Shown: in pieces, positions 19,101 through 30,198 of the stretch
Position numbering within the stretch: the stretch's first letter is position 1
How the letters are laid out: each line of letters begins with the position of its first letter
DNA from: Candidatus Omnitrophota bacterium
GTDB lineage: Bacteria; Omnitrophota; Gorgyraeia; Duberdicusellales; Duberdicusellaceae
NCBI GenBank assembly: GCA_015486615.1
Contig: WFRI01000090.1
Location: forward strand, 1,608 to 65,607
Length of the DNA stretch: 64,000 bases
Direction of reading: 5' to 3'
Made by a program: the position numbers and the translations under genes
Notes under the pieces: model-generated
Database searches by the model: none
Seen by the model: only the letters and a program-made list of their open reading frames with translations
Told to the model about the DNA's origin: nothing

Positions 19101-19690
19101 GTACGCCTTAAACTCTCTACCTGAAGAATTTCCTTAAGCAGTTTTTTCGCCCGGGACACTGTTTTATTCTCTACCCAATAATGGTATTTTTGAGCATATT
19201 TTACTTCTTTTTTTGCCAAACGCAACCTCTTTTTCACTGTCTGGGCATCTTCTGTCGTTCTGGCAAGCAGGCGTCTTTCCAATTCCGCAAAAGACGGAGG
19301 AAAGACAAAAATCAAAACTGTCCTGTCCGGATATTGCCTTTGTATCTCCATAGCACCCCTAACATCAACACTGACTACAAAATGCTTGTTTTGAGCAAAA
19401 GCCTTCTGCAGAAATTCTTTAGGACTGCCATACAATCTGCCGGCCACATTTTTAGTTTCCAAGAAGTCTCCCTGTCTTCTCTTTGCCAAAAACTCTTTAG
19501 GGGAAAGAAACAAATAATCCCGGCCATGCTTTTCGCCTTCCCTCGGCCCGCGGGTTGTTGCAGTTATGCCCTTTAAAAAACTCTTTCTTATGCCCGCGTC
19601 CTTAAACAATTGTTTAAGCAGAGTGGTCTTGCCTGAGCCTGAGGGCCCGGACAAGATAAATATTTTCAGATTCTTACCCTTCGCCAGCAT
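19094..19690 (-). CDS. gmk: Guanylate kinase
   Basis: ILSGPSGSGKTTL P-loop and guanylate kinase fold; 198 aa. Confidence 0.9.
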   Translation of the reverse strand: MLAKGKNLKIFILSGPSGSGKTTLLKQLFKDAGIRKSFLKGITATTRGPREGEKHGRDYLFLSPKEFLAKRRQGDFLETKNVAGRLYGSPKEFLQKAFAQNKHFVVSVDVRGAMEIQRQYPDRTVLIFVFPPSFAELERRLLARTTEDAQTVKKRLRLAKKEVKYAQKYHYWVENKTVSRAKKLLKEILQVESLRRTT

Positions 19691-19922
19691 TTTCCTCTAC
19701 CCGTTCAATAATTGTCTGCGCCTGCAAAGAAGACAGGAAAATAAACCCGCTGTCAGTAATAACCACACTGCGAGTCTTACGGCCGCAGGTAACATCAACA
19801 ATTTTATTGCTTCTTTTTGCCTCTTCAATTAGTCTTTTCACAGGTTTAGCCCCCGCAGCAATTATGCCTACAACTCTTTGTTTAAGAACAACATTATTAA
19901 AGCCTAAATGCAATGCCTGCAC
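19674..19922 (-). CDS. remA: DUF370/RemA-like protein
   Basis: 82 aa; PVKRLIEEAK...VDVTCGRKTRSVVITDSGFIFLS resembles B. subtilis RemA (YlzA), and the remA-gmk-rpoZ synteny is present. Confidence 0.65.
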   Translation of the reverse strand: MQALHLGFNNVVLKQRVVGIIAAGAKPVKRLIEEAKRSNKIVDVTCGRKTRSVVITDSGFIFLSSLQAQTIIERVEENAGEG

Positions 19923-19927
19923 GCCTC

Positions 19928-20713
19928 TTACTCCAAATTCTGCGAGTGTTCCCTAATTCTTTCAATCGCTTCCTTTATATAAACCGTAAGCGCACAGCCG
20001 CGCCGGTCTCTAATTTTGGCCAAAATAGTATTAGATTCCCTGAGCATCTCCTGAGAAAAGAAGTCTAAAAGCTTGCCTATCCTTTGAGGCCTGCGCCTAA
20101 GCAGCCTTAAAACTTCCTCTATATAAAACAAAAGCAGGACGATTTCTTCATTAACATCCTTTGCCGCATCAGTATTTAAACGCCGGCTATGCTTCTTCAA
20201 TAAACCCGGCAGCTTCTCCACTTCTGTCTTTATGCTCTGCAACTGCCAGCGGATATCAGATAATATTACCCTGGCCTGTTTGTGTCTAAACGTCTCATAG
20301 TCTTTAAGTGTCCGGTCAAAAACCCGTTTGACTTTTACTGGATCGAGGCTGACTTTTGGCAAAAGACTGCTTCCCCTGCTATAATACAAATTTATGACTT
20401 CGTTTAAAGCCAAATCCCCGTTTAATCCTGCACTGCGTTTAAGCAGAAGCATTTGCCGGACAAATTGTCTAAACTCTTTATCCTGCTTTAACCCCAAGGC
20501 CTTGCTTATGGGAGAAGCGGATATTTTAACTTCTACGCGGCCCCGCTGAATAGACTTTAAAAGAGCATCTCTGATATATTGCTCTAAATTTACCGATAAA
20601 CTGTCAGGGTAAAAAAATATATTAACGTCCAGATATTTAGAGTTGACACTGCGCAAAGATACCGTTATTTCATAACCGGAAAAAACCGCCCGTTTGCTGG
20701 CATAGGCAGTCAT
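19928..20713 (-). CDS. YicC-family protein (YloC-like)
   Basis: The likely start is the internal MTAYASKR, because the annotated frame start overlaps ndk. N-terminal YicC motifs MTAYA...RSVNSKYLDV; DUF1732-like C-terminus. Confidence 0.65.
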   Translation of the reverse strand: MTAYASKRAVFSGYEITVSLRSVNSKYLDVNIFFYPDSLSVNLEQYIRDALLKSIQRGRVEVKISASPISKALGLKQDKEFRQFVRQMLLLKRSAGLNGDLALNEVINLYYSRGSSLLPKVSLDPVKVKRVFDRTLKDYETFRHKQARVILSDIRWQLQSIKTEVEKLPGLLKKHSRRLNTDAAKDVNEEIVLLLFYIEEVLRLLRRRPQRIGKLLDFFSQEMLRESNTILAKIRDRRGCALTVYIKEAIERIREHSQNLE

Positions 20714-20742
20714 TGTTTTAGAACATCCGGCTGTTTCTTCGC

Positions 20743-21249
20743 TCATGCCCATACTTTTTGCTCTACTTTTTCCAAAGTAATTACCTTGCAGGGATATAAA
20801 TTCACTACTACCTCTGAAGGAGCAAACCAAAGTTTAATTTCCTTCTCCGCATCTTCTGCTGAGGAAGAAGCGTGCACAACGTTTTCAAACAAACCTGTGG
20901 TAAGAATCCGGCCGTAAGCACCCCGCACAGATACAGGATCCGCCTCTTCCGGATTAGTTGCCCCAACTATCTGCCTGACTTGAGATATGGCAGATTCGCC
21001 GTAATAAACCATTGCCAAAACCCTGTTTTCGCCGTGTAGCTGGCCGGTAATATAACGCAGCAACTCCTTGAAAAATGGCCTGTCAGATAAATGCCCATAA
21101 TGCTTCTTAGCCAAAGATTCGGAAACCTTAACGGTTTTTGCAGCAATAATTTTCAGGCCGGCCTGAGAAAGCCGGGAAAGAATATCGCCGGTTAACGATT
21201 TTTTCAACCCGTCAGGCTTAATAATAACTAAAGTCGCTTCTCGTGCCAT
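20743..21249 (-). CDS. ndk: Nucleoside diphosphate kinase
   Basis: ERTLVIIKPDG-type N-terminus (EATLVIIKPDGL) and NxxHxS active-site region. Confidence 0.85.
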   Translation of the reverse strand: MAREATLVIIKPDGLKKSLTGDILSRLSQAGLKIIAAKTVKVSESLAKKHYGHLSDRPFFKELLRYITGQLHGENRVLAMVYYGESAISQVRQIVGATNPEEADPVSVRGAYGRILTTGLFENVVHASSSAEDAEKEIKLWFAPSEVVVNLYPCKVITLEKVEQKVWA

Positions 21250-21250
21250 A

Positions 21251-22138
21251 TCATTCCGCCTCCCACCCCAATAACTTTAACAAAGCCTCTAAATCTTCCT
21301 GTGAATAAAACTCCAAAACCACCTTGCCCCTCTTCCCTTTTTGAGCAATGCTAACCTTGCGGCCTAAACGTTCCTGGAGTTTAGTCTCTATATCAGAAAG
21401 GAAGATATCTCTGGATTTGACTTTTTTTGGCCTGGCCCGACTTACTTTTTTCTCCAATAAATTAACCGGTGTATTTTGCTGAAGAACATCCTGAAAAACC
21501 TGCAACATCTGTTGAGAGTCTTTTATCCCTAAAAGAGCACGGGCCTGAGTCTTAGAGACTTTACCTAGTTTGACTGCCTCCTGAATAGGTTCGGGCAAAG
21601 ATAACAGTCTTAGAGTATTAGTAATTGTTGACCGGTCTTTGCCTAATTTTTCAGAAATTTGCTGGTGAGAAAGATTAAACTCCTTAATCAATCTCTGCAG
21701 ACTCTTGGCTTCTTCTAAAGGGTTTAAATCCTGACGCTGGAGATTCTCCATAATAGAAACCAATAAAGCCTGCTGATCCCCTATTTTCTTAACTATTGCT
21801 GGTAACTTATTGATACCCAACAACTTGGCAGCCTTAAGCCTGCGGCTGCCTGCAATTACCTCAAAAAACCCTTTACTAATTTCTCTTACCAACAACGGCT
21901 GCAAAATCCCTTGCTGTTGAATAGACTGTTTTAATTCCTTTAATTCCTGCTCAGGAATTTGCTCCCTGCTTTGGAACGGGCTTAAACGCAGATTGTCAGT
22001 ATCAATATAGATGTATTCTTGATTCTGACTTTTCTCCGGGACTTGGGAAATCAAGCCTTGTTGAGACTGCGTTTTGACCTCTTTGTTCCGAGGGATCAAT
22101 GCTTCCAGGCCTCTGCCCAGCACTCTCTTCTCCATCAT
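21251..22138 (-). CDS. parB: Chromosome partitioning protein ParB/Spo0J
   Basis: N-terminal LGRGLEALIP; ParB box IAGSRRLKAAKLLGI; HTH. Confidence 0.9.
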   Translation of the reverse strand: MMEKRVLGRGLEALIPRNKEVKTQSQQGLISQVPEKSQNQEYIYIDTDNLRLSPFQSREQIPEQELKELKQSIQQQGILQPLLVREISKGFFEVIAGSRRLKAAKLLGINKLPAIVKKIGDQQALLVSIMENLQRQDLNPLEEAKSLQRLIKEFNLSHQQISEKLGKDRSTITNTLRLLSLPEPIQEAVKLGKVSKTQARALLGIKDSQQMLQVFQDVLQQNTPVNLLEKKVSRARPKKVKSRDIFLSDIETKLQERLGRKVSIAQKGKRGKVVLEFYSQEDLEALLKLLGWEAE

Positions 22139-22916
22139 ACACTCCCTGTATATCTTGCTTTAATATTTCCTTGGTTAAATTAAAGTATGCCCTAGCCCCA
22201 ATACAATGTTTATCGTATAAAACAATGGGTTTGCCGAAACTCGGAGCCTCAGACAACCGGACATTCCTGGGAATAATAGTCTTATAAGCCTTATCAGGGA
22301 AGAACCGTTTAACTTCATCAATAACCTGCAAAGTCAAACGAGTCCTGAAATCAGCCATAGTCAAAATAATTCCTTCTATTTCTAAATTCGAATTTAACCG
22401 TTCCTTGATTAGATTTACAGTATCTAAAAGCCGGCTTAAACCTTCTAAAGCATAATATTCACACTGAATAGGGATCACTACGCCCTGTGCCGCACAAAGA
22501 GCATTAAGCGTAAGCAAACTTAGAGACGGCGGAGAATCAATAAGAATAAAGTCAAAATTATCTTTTACTTTATCCAGAATCCGAGACAGAAAATATTCGC
22601 GAGAATCCGCTCCTACAAATTCTATTTCTGCACCGGCTAAATCCGGTTTAGCAGGCATAATATATAAATATCGGATATCCGTGGTAAAAATAGCCTTTTG
22701 TGGAATAACACTCTTATACAAAGCCTCATAAACTCCAACATCAACTTTATTTTTATCTACCCCTAAACCGCTGGTGGCATTAGCCTGAGGATCCAAATCT
22801 ATAACTAATACTTTTCTGCCAGCCAAAGCTAAAAAAGCCGCAACATTAATTAAACTGGTTGTCTTACCTGTGCCGCCTTTTTGATTGCAAAAACTTAATA
22901 CTTTCCCCATACTCAT
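22002..22916 (-). CDS. parA: Chromosome partitioning ATPase ParA/Soj (with an unusual 45-aa C-terminal extension overlapping parB)
   Basis: Deviant Walker A KGGTGKTT and VLVIDLDPQANAT. The frame continues 137 nt into parB. Confidence 0.85.
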   Translation of the reverse strand: MSMGKVLSFCNQKGGTGKTTSLINVAAFLALAGRKVLVIDLDPQANATSGLGVDKNKVDVGVYEALYKSVIPQKAIFTTDIRYLYIMPAKPDLAGAEIEFVGADSREYFLSRILDKVKDNFDFILIDSPPSLSLLTLNALCAAQGVVIPIQCEYYALEGLSRLLDTVNLIKERLNSNLEIEGIILTMADFRTRLTLQVIDEVKRFFPDKAYKTIIPRNVRLSEAPSFGKPIVLYDKHCIGARAYFNLTKEILKQDIQGVYDGEESAGQRPGSIDPSEQRGQNAVSTRLDFPSPGEKSESRIHLY

Positions 22917-22931
22917 TAATTCTTCTCTAAA

Positions 22932-22947
22932 TGTTTCATATGAAACA
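22932..22947. promoter_or_regulatory. parS-like 16-bp palindrome TGTTTCATATGAAACA (variant core)
   Basis: Matches the parS consensus TGTTTCACGTGAAACA except for the symmetric central CG to TA change; lies 16 bp upstream of the parA start. Confidence 0.5.
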
Positions 22948-23064
22948 TAGCAAAATTATAGAACAAAAAGAAATTTTGTCAAGAGGAATTACTTCCAATT
23001 ACTGACAACACGCCTTCTTGCCACTACCCGTGTAAAAAGCGCTAACGCGCTTTTTAGCGGTAGG

Positions 23065-23080
23065 TGTTTCATATGAAACA
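23065..23080. promoter_or_regulatory. Second parS-like palindrome TGTTTCATATGAAACA (inside the 22-bp palindrome AGGTGTTTCATATGAAACACCT)
   Basis: Identical to the 22932 site; lies next to the yidC stop and a hairpin AAAAAGCGCTAACGCGCTTTTT. Confidence 0.5.
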
Positions 23081-23081
23081 C

Positions 23082-24545
23082 CTAAACGAGTTGGGATTTA
23101 TTGATTTTATATTGATATGCAGCGGAAAGCACACTATTGGTAAGCCAGTATAAGGTTAAACCAGCAGGAAAATTGTAAAAAATAATTCCTAAAAATATAG
23201 GGAAAAACATAGTCATCATTTTCTGCTGGTCCGAAGAGACTGTTTTGGGCTGCGTAAATTTTTGTTGGGCAAACATTACCCCCGCCATTAAAACAGGCAA
23301 AAGATTGAAAGTTTTGCCAATAAACGGCAGGCTGGCAGGAAAAGTAAATAGAGCATCCGGTAAGGAAAGATCCTTTATCCACAGAAAATGCGCACCTTTA
23401 ATAGCAATAAACCGCATTAGAATTTGATAAAGCGCAAAAAATATAGGTATTTGCAAAAGCATAGGCAAACATCCGGACAGAGGGTTAACTTTATACTTCT
23501 TATATAAAAGCATAATTTCCTGATTCAACTTTTGTGGATTATCTTTATATTTTCTTTTCAATTCTTCCATCTGTGGCTGAATTGTCTGCATCATTTGCAT
23601 AGATTTTAAGCTTTTCTTGGTCAACGGAGAAAAAGCAAAGTAAATTAGAAGACTTAAAACAATAATACTTAAACCCCAATTGCGGAAAACTATATGCAGC
23701 ACCTTTAAGGTTTTCAACAACAATACAGCAACGGGATGGAATATTCCATAATTAACAACCTGGCCTAAATCATGTTTGGTCAAATATCCCAACTTCTCAG
23801 GACCGAGATATATACCAACTTTAAATCGCAACTCCTTGATAATACTAAAGATACAAGCGGAATTGTCCCAATGCCCTCCAACAAATATGCCTGTTTGCGG
23901 TATTTGCGCGGCTAAAAGAAAATACCTGCTCCTAAACCCGCTATTTTCTGCCTGCCATGTTAAAGAAGACTTTTTGAGCCTATTTAAATTTACCCATTTG
24001 ATTTTACCGGCTGCGGGTTGATAAAAAGCCTGTTGGTAACGGCCAGAAAAGCCTCTTGCCTGAGCAACTGTCCCTAAAAGAACATTGGAATTTTTAGCCC
24101 CAACAATTGTAACTCTTAACCAATAATCATCTGCCAAAGTAAGAGTTTTTACCCTGCCGGTTTCTTGTCCGGTTAGCAAAATTTTATTATTAAATTGTTT
24201 AATATTGTAATTTTCTTCATCGCCAACCAAGAGCAATAAATCGTGATAACCCGAATCTTCATTATATTCTTTCAAATACACATTTTTGATATATCCTCCT
24301 GGGTTGCATATAGTTAGTTCATAACGGCCAAAAGATACCGGCTGGCAGGATTCTGCAACCGTACGCTTTTCATTTTTCTGCAGGGGTAAAGACTGTGTTT
24401 TCTGAGTAGAAGACGCAACCTGTTGAGACTGAACATTATTGGTCAATATTGTTTTTCTAGGCGAAGGTGTAAATTTTGCCTGCCAAAGCAAAATAATCAA
24501 CAAAGATAAAGTAAAGGCTAAAAATAAACGTTTTTCCTGGTTCAT
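23082..24545 (-). CDS. yidC: Membrane protein insertase YidC
   Basis: 487 aa; large periplasmic domain and a 60KD_IMP core (GCLPMLLQIPIFFALYQ). Confidence 0.9.
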   Translation of the reverse strand: MNQEKRLFLAFTLSLLIILLWQAKFTPSPRKTILTNNVQSQQVASSTQKTQSLPLQKNEKRTVAESCQPVSFGRYELTICNPGGYIKNVYLKEYNEDSGYHDLLLLVGDEENYNIKQFNNKILLTGQETGRVKTLTLADDYWLRVTIVGAKNSNVLLGTVAQARGFSGRYQQAFYQPAAGKIKWVNLNRLKKSSLTWQAENSGFRSRYFLLAAQIPQTGIFVGGHWDNSACIFSIIKELRFKVGIYLGPEKLGYLTKHDLGQVVNYGIFHPVAVLLLKTLKVLHIVFRNWGLSIIVLSLLIYFAFSPLTKKSLKSMQMMQTIQPQMEELKRKYKDNPQKLNQEIMLLYKKYKVNPLSGCLPMLLQIPIFFALYQILMRFIAIKGAHFLWIKDLSLPDALFTFPASLPFIGKTFNLLPVLMAGVMFAQQKFTQPKTVSSDQQKMMTMFFPIFLGIIFYNFPAGLTLYWLTNSVLSAAYQYKINKSQLV

Positions 24546-24549
24546 AAAG

Positions 24550-24759
24550 TTATTTTAATTCGTCTATCCCTCCGGGATGAAACGGATGGCATTTCATTAT
24601 TCTTTTTAAACTAAGAATCAACCCTTTTACAAACCCGTATTTCTCAAAAGCCTGGCGGCTGTATTCTGAACAACTGGGATAAAAACGGCAGGAATGCGGC
24701 AAATAGGGCGAAATATATTTTTGGTAAAAGGCCAGAAAATACACTGCTAAATATTTCAT
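24550..24759 (-). CDS. yidD: Membrane protein insertion efficiency factor YidD
   Basis: [22 protein letters not shown] signature; 69 aa. Confidence 0.9.
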   Translation of the reverse strand: MKYLAVYFLAFYQKYISPYLPHSCRFYPSCSEYSRQAFEKYGFVKGLILSLKRIMKCHPFHPGGIDELK

Positions 24760-24896
24760 TAAACCGAGAGTTTTTTTCTGCCTTTTTTCCTGCGCCGGTT
24801 AAGAATTGCCCGGCCGGTTTTAGTCTGCATTCGTTTTCTAAATCCGTGTTTGTGCTTGCCTTTTAATTTTGTAGGAGTAGTATACCCTTTTTTCAT
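24759..24896 (-). CDS. rpmH: 50S ribosomal protein L34
   Basis: Hand-translated [45 protein letters not shown]. It is missing from the ORF track at 45 aa. Its stop shares one base with the yidD ATG. Confidence 0.85.
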   Translation of the reverse strand: MKKGYTTPTKLKGKHKHGFRKRMQTKTGRAILNRRRKKGRKKLSV

Positions 24897-25052
24897 AGCA
24901 AAAAGATTTTAGCCAAAGACTACCGAAGTGTCAAGGGTTATTACCAAAAATTTTGTTGCATTCGCTTCCGCCTGAGTTATAATTAAGTCTTAGTTGTGCC
25001 CTCTTTTTACTGTTTTTTCTTTTCCTGTTAATAAAAAGGTACTGCAAAGGTT

Positions 25053-26375
25053 ATGAATCTTTGGGAAAATATATTAAATCAATTAAGGCCCCATATCGGC
25101 AGCACTGCTTTAGAAACATGGTTTGCCCCGATTAAACTAAAAACCGCGGGAAAGACATCTTTGATAGCAGAGGTTCCGGATAAGTTTTTTAAAGACTGGA
25201 TTGAAGAACACTACGGAAGCCTGTTAAAAAATATTCTTTCTTCTTTAGGATATGAACGGGATTCTTTGGTTTTAGAAATCAACCCTGGGCTTTTGCACAC
25301 AAAAACGCAAAGAGTTCTAAAGAAAATCGGCGCTCGATTTAAAAATCCGCCGGCCAATGTAGAACACACTAATTCCCGGTTTACTTTTGAAAACTTTGTT
25401 GTCGGCCCGTCTAACCGTATGGCTCATGCGGCAGCAGTAGCAGTATCCGAATCTCCGGGCAAAATCTACAATCCTTTGTTTATCTACGGCAATGTAGGCT
25501 TGGGCAAAACCCATTTAATGCAGGCAGTTGCCCATGCTGCAGCAAAAAGAGCCGAAGTAAAAATACAGTACATATCTTCAGAGAATTTTACCAATGAATT
25601 GATAAGCGCTATCCAGAAAAGAAGCACCCAAAAATTCCGGGAAAAATACCGCAATATAGACATTTTATTAATAGACGATATTCACTTTATTGCCGGAAAG
25701 GAATCTACTCAGGAAGAATTTTTTCATATGTTTAACGTGCTTTACGACAACCACAAACAAATTGTCCTCTCATCGGACCGGCCGCCTAAAGAAATCCAGC
25801 AATTGGAGGAAAGGTTAGTTTCGCGATTCTGCTGGGGGCTGATTGTAGACATTCAGCCGCCGCCGTTTGAAACCCGCATGGCAATTTTAAAAAAGAAAAT
25901 AGAAAAAGAAGTGGTGAAAGTAGATGATAATGTCTTGGCTTTTATTGCAGAAACTATTACCACAAATATTAGGGAATTAGAAGGCGCTCTAATAAGAGTC
26001 ATTGCCTACGGAGTAATAGAAAATAAACCTATTACTTTAGAAACAGCCCGCAATGTCTTAAAAGATATGGTCAAAGAACATACAGAAAAGATTGACACTA
26101 AACGGATTTTAAATAAAGTGAGCCTTTATTTTGGTGTTTCACCGGAAGAAATAAAATCAAAAAAACGCAGTAAAAATTTAGTCCTGCCCCGCCAGATTTC
26201 TATGTACCTTTTACGGGAATTAACTGATTTGTCTCTGCCGGAAATAGGAAATACTTTAGGTTCCAAACACCACACAACAATACTGTATGCGCATAAAAAA
26301 ATAAAGGAGGCATTAAAAAAGAATTTGCAGATGCAGAATGTTATTAACAGTATATTAAACGATATTCACAGTTAA
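25053..26375 (+). CDS. dnaA: Chromosomal replication initiator protein DnaA
   Basis: GNVGLGKTHLMQA Walker A, AAA+ sensor motifs, and a C-terminal DNA-binding domain. Confidence 0.95.
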   Translation: MNLWENILNQLRPHIGSTALETWFAPIKLKTAGKTSLIAEVPDKFFKDWIEEHYGSLLKNILSSLGYERDSLVLEINPGLLHTKTQRVLKKIGARFKNPPANVEHTNSRFTFENFVVGPSNRMAHAAAVAVSESPGKIYNPLFIYGNVGLGKTHLMQAVAHAAAKRAEVKIQYISSENFTNELISAIQKRSTQKFREKYRNIDILLIDDIHFIAGKESTQEEFFHMFNVLYDNHKQIVLSSDRPPKEIQQLEERLVSRFCWGLIVDIQPPPFETRMAILKKKIEKEVVKVDDNVLAFIAETITTNIRELEGALIRVIAYGVIENKPITLETARNVLKDMVKEHTEKIDTKRILNKVSLYFGVSPEEIKSKKRSKNLVLPRQISMYLLRELTDLSLPEIGNTLGSKHHTTILYAHKKIKEALKKNLQMQNVINSILNDIHS

Positions 26376-26382
26376 TATAAAA

Positions 26383-26391
26383 ATATCCACA
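26383..26391. promoter_or_regulatory. DnaA-box-like nonamer ATATCCACA in the AT-rich dnaA-dnaN spacer
   Basis: One mismatch to TTATCCACA; the surrounding 100 bp are very AT-rich (a candidate DUE/oriC segment). Confidence 0.35.
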
Positions 26392-26477
26392 GGTTGTTAT
26401 TATCAAAATATATTGATAAATAAAGAAACTTGGAAGTTTTACACAATATTCTAAACTCTTACTATTAAGGAGGCTAC

Positions 26478-27575
26478 ATGAAAATATTAATAAATAGAGA
26501 AGTATTAGAAGAGATGTTAGTTAGTTTGTCTGGAGGGGTCTCTACAAAGAATTTGCAGATACTTTCCTTTGTTTTAATTGAAGCATTAGATAAAAAAGTT
26601 CGTTTTACCGTTACCGACTTGGATATAACTATAACTCATACCAAAAATAGCAATATTCAAGAAAAAGGCAGTATTTGCGTGCCTTTTAAAAACATCGTTT
26701 CTATTGTAAAGTTTTTGCCCAACAGTGAAGTCGTTTTAGACGCACATGATAACAAACTGTGGATAAGGTGTGAAAGGTGTGAATATGTTTTGAATGGAGT
26801 TGGAAAGGAAAGTTTTCCTAAAATACCTCAAAGCAGAGAAAAACAGGCAGTAAAAATTTTGGCTGACGATTTAAGAGATATGGTTAATCTGACCAGTTTT
26901 TGTGTTCTTATGGGGGAGAGTAATTTTATGTTGAGTGGGGTTTTGTTTGAGTTTAACAAAGATGAGTTTAGTCTGGTTGCTACTGATGGAAAAAGGCTTG
27001 CTAAAGCCAGCCGAAAAATGGCTTCTGACCAGGCTGATTTGTCCGATAAAGTTGCTTTTATTCTGCCTTTGAAGACGGTTATGGAACTTAATCATAGCTT
27101 AAAAAAGCAGGAATATGTTTTTGTAGGGTTTGGTAAAAAGCAGGTTGAGTTTGATATGGGCGATATTTTAATTAATTCCCGGGTTATTGAAGGCGAGTTT
27201 CCGGATTACGAAAAATACATACCCCAGGAATCTGACAGCAAATTGTGTGTGGAAAAAGAAAATTTTTTGGCGGTTTTGCGCCGGGCTAATACTTTGAGCA
27301 CAGCTGATTATAAAGGTGTTAAGATTGAAATAAAGAAAGATTATTTAGTGATTTCTAAGTCCACTCCTGATTTGGGGGAGTATAGGGAAGATTTGGCAGG
27401 CGTGGAATATTCCGGCAGAGAAATTGTTTTGGGATTTAACCCTGAGTATTTAATTGATGTATTAAAAAATGCAAATCAGGCGAGGATTTGCCTGGATATT
27501 TACGGGCCTGAAAAACCTATAGTTTTACGCAGTGCGGGGTATTTGTATTTGGCTTTGCCTATGCGTTTAGACTAA
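26478..27575 (+). CDS. dnaN: DNA polymerase III beta sliding clamp
   Basis: 365 aa; three-domain beta-clamp pattern; lies downstream of dnaA. Confidence 0.9.
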   Translation: MKILINREVLEEMLVSLSGGVSTKNLQILSFVLIEALDKKVRFTVTDLDITITHTKNSNIQEKGSICVPFKNIVSIVKFLPNSEVVLDAHDNKLWIRCERCEYVLNGVGKESFPKIPQSREKQAVKILADDLRDMVNLTSFCVLMGESNFMLSGVLFEFNKDEFSLVATDGKRLAKASRKMASDQADLSDKVAFILPLKTVMELNHSLKKQEYVFVGFGKKQVEFDMGDILINSRVIEGEFPDYEKYIPQESDSKLCVEKENFLAVLRRANTLSTADYKGVKIEIKKDYLVISKSTPDLGEYREDLAGVEYSGREIVLGFNPEYLIDVLKNANQARICLDIYGPEKPIVLRSAGYLYLALPMRLD

Positions 27576-27579
27576 CTTT

Positions 27580-30193
<2,614 letters not shown>

Positions 30194-30198
30194 ATGTT

